From positions 1 to 64,000 of IMG/VR virus record IMGVR_UViG_3300040801_003999: a stretch of DNA of 64,000 nt. One strand, given 5' to 3'. The notes beneath the pieces were generated by a model. That model was not told the origin of the DNA. It saw only the letters and a list, made by a program, of their open reading frames with translations, and made no database searches. A program made the translations under genes and the position numbers. The DNA is from a virus. Positions 14,680 through 22,474 of this stretch are shown one piece after another. The first letter of the stretch is position 1. Each line of letters starts with the position of its first letter.

Positions 14680-14990
14680 GGGATTTCTTGAAAAGAAATG
14701 CTTCCAAGATCAAGACGTTTCCACATTTTTCGATACTTGAAAGAGCCTCCCGCTTTAGCTTTACTAAATCGCTCCAAGAAAAGCTCGCGGGCGATGCCAT
14801 GAAAAGAAAGAGTGCCATCATCGCGAAGAATGAAGATGGAAAGCAATTTTGGGTTTGAGTTAGAGAGGGACAGCCAGTTCGCAATAATTCGTAGAAGTTC
14901 TCCTTCTTTTTTATGATCGTCCTTGACAGGAACGTACGCCCCAATCACTTCATAGTGCTTGTCTTTGTATTGAATCTTCATATCTATCAC
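14676..14990 (-). CDS. hypothetical protein
   Basis: 104-aa ORF. More protein-like than the overlapping 14441..14944 frame. GTGA/ATG start region overlaps the stop of 14987..15697. Confidence 0.5.
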   Translation of the reverse strand: MIDMKIQYKDKHYEVIGAYVPVKDDHKKEGELLRIIANWLSLSNSNPKLLSIFILRDDGTLSFHGIARELFLERFSKAKAGGSFKYRKMWKRLDLGSISFQEIP

Positions 14991-15697
14991 TTGAGTCGGT
15001 TGTTGTGCTTCTGTCGACCGGCTCGCCGGCCAGCAGCGTAAGCATCACTGTGATGTCGCGAACGTGACTGTTTAGAGGACACAGTGCGTGGATGAAATTT
15101 CTTGACTGCACCCTCGACCTTGGTCATCTGGTCCTTGACGACCACCAGCGCGTGCTCGTCGAGATTTTGCTTCTCTTCGCGAAGTTCTCGCTGAACCCGC
15201 TCATCAACACCTGCCACAAAACCATCATACCATGAGATCTTCCATGTGCGGTCAGAGCCCCACATACTCTTATGCTCATCATATGCGGCATCGGCGAGGT
15301 CCTCAGCGACCTTCAAAAGCGTCTGGAAGCCTCGAAGGAATGCATTCTTGTCCTCTTCAGCGCCGATGATATACAGCGAGTTGGTTCGCCCGCTACAGCC
15401 CAGCACCTTGCAAAAATATGCGGGCGACAACTTCCATGCCAGATTCCTGCGCCAACTGATAGCTCGTCGTTTTTTGCGGTCGCCCCACTCGGTGGCCTCG
15501 ACATAAAAAGACTCAGGCTCAGAAGCACTCTTGGCCTCGCCAGACAGGTCGAGGTCAGCAATCTCCAGCTTATGCTCGACCATGAGAGCGCGAGCCTTGG
15601 CTGCAAAGGCCTCGGCCTCGGCCTGACTCCCGATAGACTCGGCGGATTCTGCGTGGACGAAGAGTTTTTCGATTCGATTGATAACTTTTTCGTTCAT
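14987..15697 (-). CDS. conserved phage protein (DUF2786-like N-terminus, tentative)
   Basis: N-terminus KVINRIEKLFVHAESAESIGSQAEAEAFAAKARALMVEHKLE resembles the helical K..KLLALAEST..E.EAE.A..KA..L motif. Confidence 0.6.
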   Translation of the reverse strand: MNEKVINRIEKLFVHAESAESIGSQAEAEAFAAKARALMVEHKLEIADLDLSGEAKSASEPESFYVEATEWGDRKKRRAISWRRNLAWKLSPAYFCKVLGCSGRTNSLYIIGAEEDKNAFLRGFQTLLKVAEDLADAAYDEHKSMWGSDRTWKISWYDGFVAGVDERVQRELREEKQNLDEHALVVVKDQMTKVEGAVKKFHPRTVSSKQSRSRHHSDAYAAGRRAGRQKHNNRLK

Positions 15698-15724
15698 GTT
15701 GTTTCCTCTGTTAGCGACAGATAC

Positions 15725-15752
15725 ATAATAGCAGCCGCAAAGAGATTGTCAA
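15725..15752 (-). promoter_or_regulatory. sigma70-like promoter
   Basis: Minus strand TTGACA-16-TATTAT, TGc. Confidence 0.65.
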
Positions 15753-15769
15753 GAGGTTTCTTGAGAAAT

Positions 15770-16300
15770 TTAGTCAGCGAATTGGTGATTGACAACATGC
15801 TCGAAATCTAGTACAGTATCATTCACATCCGCCCGAGAAACTCCCTGAAGCATATCGTCGAGCGCCGTAGAGATCTTCTCATCGAGAGTGAGTTCTTCGT
15901 CGACTAAATCCGTGGTCTGTATTGGTGCCTTGCCGCGCGAAACTTCAAATGGTTTTTGCAATTTGTTAAAAAAAATGTATACGAGCCACGCCCACAAAAG
16001 ACTGTACGCAGGCGGTTTGGTAGAATTATACCGGACATAGAGAATATTCGTATCGTTTTTTGTATACTTAGTAAATTCTGAATGTGATGTATATATCTTG
16101 AGACTTTCTACTTGACACGGATGAATACCCAGATGAGTGCACACATCTCTCTGGAACTCGAACAAGGTCCAGTCTACGCGCATGGTCTCGTCCTCACACC
16201 AAAATCGTTTGACTTCGTTATCTTCAGCCCAATGCCACTGCATTTCGCCAGTCGGGGCGAGTTCGTTAATATTTATTTGAGCTTTGTGTGTAATCTTCAT
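15770..16300 (-). CDS. hypothetical protein
   Basis: 176-aa co-oriented ORF with GAGTGGATAG-ATG. Confidence 0.65.
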   Translation of the reverse strand: MKITHKAQININELAPTGEMQWHWAEDNEVKRFWCEDETMRVDWTLFEFQRDVCTHLGIHPCQVESLKIYTSHSEFTKYTKNDTNILYVRYNSTKPPAYSLLWAWLVYIFFNKLQKPFEVSRGKAPIQTTDLVDEELTLDEKISTALDDMLQGVSRADVNDTVLDFEHVVNHQFAD

Positions 16301-16336
16301 CTATCCACTCGCTGTATGTGCAGGGGTACCCCTCCA

Positions 16337-16429
16337 CTACTTCCACTCAGGCCATTTAGCGACTTTTTGACTCATCTTCTCCGCGCGCCTAATCTCCGGC
16401 GCTCGCATGTTTTCGATGTCGCTGTTCAT
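16337..16429 (-). CDS. very small ORF (30 aa)
   Basis: ATGA overlap with 16426..16602. MNSDIENMRAPEIRRAEKMSQKVAKWPEWK. Confidence 0.3.
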   Translation of the reverse strand: MNSDIENMRAPEIRRAEKMSQKVAKWPEWK

Positions 16430-16602
16430 TCTTCCGCCTTATCCTCAGCCTTCTCGGTCGGGGGCTTTTCTTGTTTCTTGTGATTAAAAATCTCAGCCGC
16501 GCAGTCGAAACAAGCAGCCGTGCCGAAGACACAGATACACTCCACAACCTCGCCGCAGAAGTCGCAACGGTCAAGCGAGAAGAACCAGCGCCAGTCACTC
16601 AT
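16426..16602 (-). CDS. small zinc-ribbon-like protein (58 aa)
   Basis: GAGGGTACATGAT-ATG. MSDWRWFFSLDRCDFCGEVVECICVFGTAACFDCAAEIF... More protein-like than track ORF 16389..16598 in another frame. Confidence 0.5.
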   Translation of the reverse strand: MSDWRWFFSLDRCDFCGEVVECICVFGTAACFDCAAEIFNHKKQEKPPTEKAEDKAEE

Positions 16603-16794
16603 ATCATGTACCCTCGGGTGTGTCTGGGGGGATAATCCCGTGCCGGTCTACGATCATCCACCCGTCCTCAGTCTCTACCCTCCGGTATCCGGGGGACGTA
16701 TCGACTATTCCTATGTTTACCTTGATTCCCACATTACTTCCACTTGCATCCGGCCTTCCATTCCTTCTCGGAGGCCTACGTCTCTAGAATGCAA

Positions 16795-16866
16795 TACTCC
16801 CGTCAGGATTCGAACCTGAGTCTGTCAGTTATAAGCTGACTGCTCTAACCATTGAGCTACGAGAGC
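16795..16866 (-). tRNA. tRNA-Ile (anticodon UAU)
   Basis: Hand-folded 72-nt cloverleaf: GCTCTCG/CGGGAGT acceptor, GCTC/GAGC D-stem, GTCAG-CTTATAA-CTGAC, TCAGG-TTCGAAT-CCTGA. Confidence 0.8.
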
Positions 16867-16869
16867 ATA

Positions 16870-16942
16870 TGGGCCGTGAGGGATTCGAACCCCCATCTCA
16901 CCGGTTATGAGCCGGGTGCCTTAACCATTAGACCAACAGCCC
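16870..16942 (-). tRNA. tRNA with anticodon CAU (Met, or Ile2 if modified)
   Basis: 73-nt cloverleaf: GGGCTGT/ACGGCCC acceptor, anticodon loop CTCATAA, GGGGG-TTCGAAT-CCCTC. One C-U mismatch at the top of the anticodon stem. Confidence 0.75.
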
Positions 16943-16954
16943 TTACCACTTCCG

Positions 16955-17971
16955 TCAATTACAACAGCGCGCAGGCTGACTCACATCGTCTCGAACACAT
17001 TCGCATACAGGCTCGGTGTGGTCCCGCTCGTCGAGCATGGCATCTTCTCGACGGGCTGGTGTTCGGTCGTCTGCAACCTTGTCGATTGAAGCCTCCCCGT
17101 CCACGTATAGGTTCCACTCGTCGACCAACTCGCACATCTCACGGACGCTAATTTTAGCCGAGTCCCACTGGCCCGTCACACGCGCGACGTCCTCGACCGT
17201 CGGGTTTTCCGGCGCGTCGCCATCTGGCCAAATCTGGTCGATGGTTAGCGTCGAATCAACGTTCAGTCTGAATCGAAATTTTGTATCGTCACTCATTGTC
17301 GGACCAGTCGGGTGATCGGAGGAATGTGGCTCAAACAGAGCAGCCGCATCCGTCTTCGCGCGATGGGCACCGGCCCATACGACCGCCTTTTCGTGGATGA
17401 AATCACACCTATACATGAAGAACACCAATTCATGCGTGACCCCTCGACGAATTCTCGTGAGAATTTGGGACGCTGAATATGATTCCAGTCTATCTGCCAC
17501 CCACGAATCATATGCCATTCGGAAATCTTCCGAATTTGCATACAACTCCAGAGCAAACTCGTCCAGTCTTTTGTTAAAATCGATAGCAGCATCAATGAGA
17601 CCGGTATCCTGAATTTTCTTCATGAGATTTCCCGTCTCGAAGACGGTCATACCAACATATTCGCCGAACAACTCGGATTCAGACATACTGCCATACAATT
17701 CAGGGTTTGACCAGCGCATCGTATCGAAAGTGCCGCCGTTGGTCGAGTCCTCTTCGAGTTCGATCGTCGTGAAGTCAATGAAAATACAATCCTCTTCGAC
17801 CCACTCTAGACCGGCTGAACATTTGAACGGACCCGTTTCAAACTCGACCACAGTGTCGGCAATCATTTGGCTGAGCGACTGTTCGGCCAAGATGAAGTCG
17901 GCCAGCTTGTCCTCGTCATGCTTGAGAAGATCAAACATTGCTGCGTTAAATTGTTTTTCTTTGTTTGGCAT
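16955..17971 (-). CDS. hypothetical protein (338 aa)
   Basis: Long co-oriented ORF downstream of tandem promoters 17998..18025 and 18108..18135. Confidence 0.7.
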   Translation of the reverse strand: MPNKEKQFNAAMFDLLKHDEDKLADFILAEQSLSQMIADTVVEFETGPFKCSAGLEWVEEDCIFIDFTTIELEEDSTNGGTFDTMRWSNPELYGSMSESELFGEYVGMTVFETGNLMKKIQDTGLIDAAIDFNKRLDEFALELYANSEDFRMAYDSWVADRLESYSASQILTRIRRGVTHELVFFMYRCDFIHEKAVVWAGAHRAKTDAAALFEPHSSDHPTGPTMSDDTKFRFRLNVDSTLTIDQIWPDGDAPENPTVEDVARVTGQWDSAKISVREMCELVDEWNLYVDGEASIDKVADDRTPARREDAMLDERDHTEPVCECVRDDVSQPARCCN

Positions 17972-17997
17972 GCGTCATCTCCATTCTTGGTGGGTTA

Positions 17998-18025
17998 ATT
18001 ATAGCGCGCGGTGAGAACCTGTCAA
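17998..18025 (-). promoter_or_regulatory. sigma70-like promoter
   Basis: Minus strand TTGACA-16-TATAAT, A-tract. Confidence 0.65.
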
Positions 18026-18107
18026 GTACTTTTTTTCTTCTTTTTCTTCAGCAAGATTTTGCTCAAGTTCCATAAATGCTTTGAAGACCTCATCATCGTC
18101 GAAATCC

Positions 18108-18135
18108 ATTGTAACACCCTCCTGCGAATTGTCAA
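18108..18135 (-). promoter_or_regulatory. sigma70-like promoter (tandem)
   Basis: Minus strand TTGACA-16-TACAAT, TGt. Overlaps the stop of the MORN gene 18132..18635. Confidence 0.55.
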
Positions 18136-18635
18136 GATCTTTTTCGGAAATCTTTGACGATGCTTGACCAAACCTCGCGAGGCTCGCGATTATTCGCGAG
18201 GCATCTCAATAGAATTTCGAATTTGGTGCAAAGCCGGCCGTTTCTGCACCACCACTTTCTTCCATCGGGAAAAATGACGGCCGGACCATCCTCGCGATGG
18301 AGTCCGCCATTTCTGCACCACTTCTTTGTTCCATCGGGCTCAACGACGGCCGGTCCATCCTCGCGATGGAGTTGGCCGTTTTTGTGCCAATACTTTGTTC
18401 CATCAGGATGAACGATGGCCGGACCATCCTCGCGATGGACTCGGTCATTTCTGTACCAACTCTTTGTTCCATCGGAATAAATGATGGCCGGGCCATCCTC
18501 GCGATGGAGTTGACCGTTTCTGCGCCACTCCCTTGTTCCATCGGGATAAATGATGGCCGGACCATCCTCGCGATGGAGTTGGTCGTTTTTGTGCCAATAT
18601 TTTGTTCCATCATCGTTGATTATTAATTTACTCAT
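18132..18635 (-). CDS. MORN-repeat protein (6 units)
   Basis: MSKLIINDDGTKYWHKNDQLHREDGPAIIYPDGTREW... The usual tail stop TGA is changed to AGC, adding SIVKDFRKRS. ATGA overlap with the upstream gene. Confidence 0.8.
   Translation of the reverse strand: MSKLIINDDGTKYWHKNDQLHREDGPAIIYPDGTREWRRNGQLHREDGPAIIYSDGTKSWYRNDRVHREDGPAIVHPDGTKYWHKNGQLHREDGPAVVEPDGTKKWCRNGGLHREDGPAVIFPDGRKWWCRNGRLCTKFEILLRCLANNREPREVWSSIVKDFRKRS
18162..18226 (-). repeat. conserved 65-nt MORN-gene 3' module, copy c
   Basis: Same module as 140..204, with the terminal TCATGA replaced by GCTTGA. Confidence 0.85.
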
Positions 18636-18696
18636 GACCAAACCTCGCGAGGCTCGCGATTATTCGCGAGGCATCTCAATAGAATCTCGAATTTGG
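18632..18696 (-). repeat. conserved 65-nt MORN-gene 3' module, copy d
   Basis: Essentially identical to 140..204. Confidence 0.85.
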
Positions 18697-19312
18697 TGCA
18701 AAGCCGGCCGTTTCTGTACCAACACTCTGTTCCATCGGAATAAACGACGGCCGGACCATCCTCGCGATGGAGTCGGCCGTTTCTGTACCAACACTCTGTT
18801 CCATCGGGATGAGTGCTGGCCGGGCCATCCTCGCGATGGAATTGGCCGTTTCTGTACCACTTCTTTGTTCCATCAGGATGAACGATGGCCGGGCCATCCT
18901 CGCGATGGAATCGGCCGTTTCTGTACCAATATTTTGTTCCATCGGGATGAACGATGGCCGGGCCATCCTCGCGATGGAGTCGGCCGTTTCTGTACCAATA
19001 TTTTGTTCCATCGGGATGAACGATGGCCGGGCCATCCTCGCGATGGAGTCGGCCGTTTCTGAACCACTCCCTTGTTCCATCGGGCTTAACGATGGCCGGA
19101 CCATCCTCGCGATGGAGTTGGTCGTTTCTGTACCACCATTCTGCTCCATCGGGATCAACGACGGCCGGGCCATCCTCGCGATGGAATTGACCGTTTCTGA
19201 ACCACTTCTTTGTTCCATCGGAATAAATGATGGCCGGCCCATCCTCGCGATGGAGTTGACCGTTTCTGCGCCACTTCTTTGTTCCATCATCGCCGATTAT
19301 TGGCTTACTCAT
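18632..19312 (-). CDS. MORN-repeat protein (8-9 units)
   Basis: MSKPIIGDDGTKKWRRNGQLHREDGPAIIYSDGTKKWFRNGQFHREDGPA... in 69-nt units. Tail CTKFEILLRCLANNREPREVWS. Confidence 0.8.
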   Translation of the reverse strand: MSKPIIGDDGTKKWRRNGQLHREDGPAIIYSDGTKKWFRNGQFHREDGPAVVDPDGAEWWYRNDQLHREDGPAIVKPDGTREWFRNGRLHREDGPAIVHPDGTKYWYRNGRLHREDGPAIVHPDGTKYWYRNGRFHREDGPAIVHPDGTKKWYRNGQFHREDGPASTHPDGTECWYRNGRLHREDGPAVVYSDGTECWYRNGRLCTKFEILLRCLANNREPREVWS

Positions 19313-19467
19313 GATCAAGCCTCGCGAGGAGCAGGCATGGGAAACGTTAATGATAAAGCTCTCGATGAATCATCCACTCATCATCCATTTCTATAATTCT
19401 AAATGTATTTCAAAAACACGCGCCAGTCCAAGCATCAGACCAATTGAATAGAATATAGGAATTACAA

Positions 19468-19713
19468 TCAGCCGCCCCATCTTTCCTCCAATACTTGTCG
19501 TCGACGTTCGGCCTCAGCCCACCAACTCGACGAGTCTATATCAGGATGGGTGCGATTGTCAAATTGTTTTCCGGTTCGCACATAAAAAATGAACATCGTT
19601 AAGTCTTCACGGGCTTCGAATGGAATATTGTGACCGAAGACTGGCATTGGCCGTGTGCGCTCCAGAATCGCTGTCAGTTCCGAGACAGTGGCCGACTCAA
19701 TCCTACCAACCAT
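19468..19713 (-). CDS. hypothetical protein
   Basis: MVGRIESATVSELTAILERTRPMPVFGHNIPFEARED... The start overlaps the end of 19703..19903. Confidence 0.55.
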   Translation of the reverse strand: MVGRIESATVSELTAILERTRPMPVFGHNIPFEAREDLTMFIFYVRTGKQFDNRTHPDIDSSSWWAEAERRRQVLEERWGG

Positions 19714-19903
19714 CTTCGGGGGGAGCGACCACCCTGAAGCGTTCGGTGAGTTCTTCGACAGTCCCTGTTTCATCTTGCAGCCTCCCATCGTCGTGATGAA
19801 TCCGAATTGTGAAATTACCGCCGCCATTGTCTGTAATGGCTACAAGGCGGCCGGGCTTCGCCTGTGGCTTGTCTTTCTCTTGCACATAATTTCCTACTTT
19901 CAT
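19703..19903 (-). CDS. hypothetical protein
   Basis: GGAGTAAAG-ATG, MKVGNYVQEKDKPQAKPGRLVAITDNGGGNFTIRIHHDDG... Confidence 0.55.
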   Translation of the reverse strand: MKVGNYVQEKDKPQAKPGRLVAITDNGGGNFTIRIHHDDGRLQDETGTVEELTERFRVVAPPEDGW

Positions 19904-19905
19904 CT

Positions 19906-20124
19906 TTACTCCATTGAGAATGTGTGATAATTGGGTGAACGACAAATGCAGTCTGGGCCTTCTGTTGCGACAAAGACCATTTCGTTATTGTTGCATATCC
20001 TGATACACCTGTCAACAATCTTTTGGGAGGGAAGTGATGCATCCCATGCTAGAAAAAGCATCACGATGCCAGCGATTATCAAAAAAGCGAAAGAAATCTT
20101 GTTCGCTGTAGTCATCTCTTCCAT
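19906..20124 (-). CDS. small membrane protein with Cys cluster
   Basis: TM segment ISFAFLIIAGIVMLFLAW, then CIRIC...CIC. Confidence 0.5.
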   Translation of the reverse strand: MEEMTTANKISFAFLIIAGIVMLFLAWDASLPSQKIVDRCIRICNNNEMVFVATEGPDCICRSPNYHTFSME

Positions 20125-20272
20125 AACGTCGCCTCAATCTTTTGACTCGGTCAGGATATCTGATTCCAAACCATTTGTCAAATTCTTTTTTATCTTTCTG
20201 CGCGAGTGTCCGACGACGGTGTCGTCTATTTTTCTTGTCATCATAGAACAATTTATCGTATTTGTCAATCAT
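20012..20272 (-). CDS. hypothetical basic protein (overlaps 19906..20124 by 113 nt)
   Basis: 86-aa ORF, MIDKYDKLFYDDKKNRRHRRRTLAQKDKKEF... The 3' extent is doubtful because of the overlap. Confidence 0.4.
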   Translation of the reverse strand: MIDKYDKLFYDDKKNRRHRRRTLAQKDKKEFDKWFGIRYPDRVKRLRRRYGRDDYSEQDFFRFFDNRWHRDAFSSMGCITSLPKDC

Positions 20273-20388
20273 TATTTTTATTTCGCCATCCCTTGTGAGA
20301 GAGTGGTTTGATATCTAAACGCAGTTTGTTTTTGTTTAATCGCTGTAATTCTGTGGCAAGGCTGTGATAAAGATACGGCTGGTCGGAT

Positions 20389-20616
20389 TCAATTGTGCGC
20401 ATTTCGAGCCTCGTTAATTGCTTTCATTTCTTCTGCAAGCTCCTGTAAGCTAAGCTCGTAGAGTCTAATGAGTTCTTTGTTATAAACAGTAGTCGACCAA
20501 CCGTAATGCCTTATGGCGCTTTCTAGCCAACCTCTGACCCACTTAATAAATGGTCGAGTAATTGATCGAGTCGGAACCCGTTCATCGGGATACATAATAT
20601 CAGCGAGAATGTTCAT
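20389..20616 (-). CDS. hypothetical protein
   Basis: 75-aa co-oriented ORF just upstream of tRNA-Glu. Confidence 0.55.
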   Translation of the reverse strand: MNILADIMYPDERVPTRSITRPFIKWVRGWLESAIRHYGWSTTVYNKELIRLYELSLQELAEEMKAINEARNAHN

Positions 20617-20651
20617 TTCTTTTTTCTGAGTTCGAAATAGTGTTCATACAA

Positions 20652-20724
20652 TGCTCCCAGCGGGGCTCGAACCCGCATTTCTGACTTGAGAGGCCAGTGT
20701 CCTATCCATTTAGACGATGGGAGC
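20652..20724 (-). tRNA. tRNA-Glu (anticodon CUC)
   Basis: 73-nt cloverleaf: GCTCCCA/TGGGAGC acceptor, GTCT/GGAC, CTGGC-CTCTCAA-GTCAG, GCGGG-TTCGAGC-CCCGC. Confidence 0.8.
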
Positions 20725-20759
20725 ATATGGCCCGTGAGGTGGGCCAGACCCGGCAGATA

Positions 20760-21440
20760 TTATGCTCGAAGTTGAGCCTTGGCTGCAACGACGCGTTCGA
20801 AGATTTCGGCCTTCTTCCCGGTCGTGTCGATGCCAAGTTCCTTGGCAATCTGTCGGAGCTTGTTGTATGGCACATCATCCTGAGTGAATTCCGGCTCAGG
20901 AGTTGCCGGGGGCTGGTCCGATGCTGCCTGTCGGCCGGGCGGGCGTGTGTCGATGCCGAATTCGAGCATGCGATTGCGGACCGTGCCGGGCGAAACGTTA
21001 AGAGCTTCGGCCGTCTCGGCCAGCGTCAGGCCCTGCTCATGGTAAAGCTCAGTCAGCTGTTGCTCATCGAGTTCGACCAGCTTCGAGCCAGTAGAGCGGC
21101 CGGGCGAGCGGACATCAACGCCATGCTCCTCCATCCGTGCGCGCACAGTCGGCAGCGAAACGCCACACTTGTCGGCGACCTCTTGAAGCGTCAGACCCTG
21201 CTCGTGGTAAAGCTCAGTCAGTTTCTCTTTCGAGATAACAATCTTCTTGCGCCCACCAGCACCGCCGCGAGAACGAACGTCGATACCAAACTCGGCCATA
21301 CGCACACGAACCGTAGGGACTGAGACGCCGACTGCTTTCGCCGTTTGTGCCAGCGTCAAGCCCTGCTCGTGGTAAAGCTCAGTCAGCTTCTCAGCGGTGA
21401 TTTCGTTGACGATCGACTTGGTTTCGTTCTGCTCATTCAT
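20760..21440 (-). CDS. DNA-binding protein with three tandem HTH repeats and a SAP/Rho-N-like C-terminus
   Basis: Three copies of LTELYHEQGLTL.(Q/E)(T/V)A...(G/N)VS.(P/G)TVR.RM.E(F/H)G(I/V)D.R, then YNKLRQIAKELGIDTTGKKAEIFERVV. Confidence 0.7.
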   Translation of the reverse strand: MNEQNETKSIVNEITAEKLTELYHEQGLTLAQTAKAVGVSVPTVRVRMAEFGIDVRSRGGAGGRKKIVISKEKLTELYHEQGLTLQEVADKCGVSLPTVRARMEEHGVDVRSPGRSTGSKLVELDEQQLTELYHEQGLTLAETAEALNVSPGTVRNRMLEFGIDTRPPGRQAASDQPPATPEPEFTQDDVPYNKLRQIAKELGIDTTGKKAEIFERVVAAKAQLRA

Positions 21441-21506
21441 AATAACCTCTCGTTGGTTATCGTGGTTGTGAATATTGGGGGGATCATTCCCGCCCTGACA
21501 TCTTCT

Positions 21507-21534
21507 ATTATACTCACTGAAAACTTATCGTCAA
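21507..21534 (-). promoter_or_regulatory. sigma70-like promoter
   Basis: Minus strand TTGACG-16-TATAAT, A-tract. Confidence 0.6.
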
Positions 21535-21558
21535 GGACTTTTTTTCAGTTTTTTTGGG

Positions 21559-21945
21559 CTAGGCCATCGAAGCGACCAGCAGCACCAACAAAAGCAGTAT
21601 AGCGAAAGTAATAACAGCTGTCAACACCCGTTTTCCTTCTTTGAGGAATTTTCTTTCAGAATACTCCAGAATCTGTGAATCTTCTGACATTTCAGGAGGA
21701 TAGATGATGAATACCTCGCCGAGGCGGTATGAATTATGTTCGACCGTAAACCCCAGACCTTCCCACACGGGCTTCCAATCGGTTACCCATGCCTCAGCGA
21801 TGTCTTTTCGGATTTTCTTGAAGTACAAAACACCATAACCTTTTTTATTGATTTCCCAAGCAACAACATCATTTTCCTCACGAGCTTCCTCGTTTGGATA
21901 ATTTTCACGAATTCGCCTTGCTTGTTCGACACTAATCATTCTCAT
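21559..21945 (-). CDS. hypothetical protein with C-terminal TM segment
   Basis: 128 aa, C-terminus VLTAVITFAILLLLVLLVASMA. Confidence 0.6.
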   Translation of the reverse strand: MRMISVEQARRIRENYPNEEAREENDVVAWEINKKGYGVLYFKKIRKDIAEAWVTDWKPVWEGLGFTVEHNSYRLGEVFIIYPPEMSEDSQILEYSERKFLKEGKRVLTAVITFAILLLLVLLVASMA

Positions 21946-22426
21946 AGTATTCTACTCCTGCTCGCTTTGCGAGTTCTTGTTTGTAATAACGATAGCCGAA
22001 AACTTCCCAATCTACTGTCGGATGAAATTTCGAATGCATGAAGCTTTCTGGCAAGCCTGATGCGAATGTGCCATCGTAATGATCCAGACCAAATGAACAA
22101 TGAGCCAGTTCGTGATACACAACGGGCGTGATAAGATGCACCATATCATAAGCCGAATCTTCTCGAAAAATTTCAAAACGTTCAATCAATCCAGAATCAA
22201 TTCGAACAGTTTTGCCATCAACGCGACGCGAACACAGCCCGAGTCGCCCATCAAGATTATCAGACACCAAAACTGGGTAGTCTACGGCGTATCCATACTC
22301 TTGTTCGAATTGCGCCACCGCTGTATCCAAGCGATGATCGCTCCATCCATCCTCAGGAACACACCCAGACAATACAACAGAAATGAAAGCAATACAAGCA
22401 ATTTTTTTCATTTTCATTCTCCGCAC
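21932..22426 (-). CDS. putative lipoprotein zinc metallopeptidase
   Basis: MKKIACIAFISVVLSGC lipobox-like signal. HELAHC (HExxH) motif. Confidence 0.55.
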   Translation of the reverse strand: MRRMKMKKIACIAFISVVLSGCVPEDGWSDHRLDTAVAQFEQEYGYAVDYPVLVSDNLDGRLGLCSRRVDGKTVRIDSGLIERFEIFREDSAYDMVHLITPVVYHELAHCSFGLDHYDGTFASGLPESFMHSKFHPTVDWEVFGYRYYKQELAKRAGVEYYEND

Positions 22427-22446
22427 CGTGAATTGGTCACGGGAAC

Positions 22447-22474
22447 ATTATAGCATCCACGCAAAACAAGTCAA
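22447..22474 (-). promoter_or_regulatory. sigma70-like promoter (last of the dense series)
   Basis: Minus strand TTGACT-16-TATAAT, TGc. Confidence 0.6.

Noticed and set aside
20725-20760. Sequence atatggcccgtgaggtgggcc, which resembles the 3' flank and acceptor of tRNA-Met (atatgggccgtgagggattcgaa).
   Set aside because: It lacks a T-loop and the rest of a cloverleaf. It is probably a hairpin (GGCCC..GGGCC) or a tRNA remnant and was not called as a gene.
20697-21323. 208-aa plus-strand ORF.
   Set aside because: It is antisense to the triple-HTH repeat gene. It is repetitive and Arg/Leu-rich, with no translation signals.
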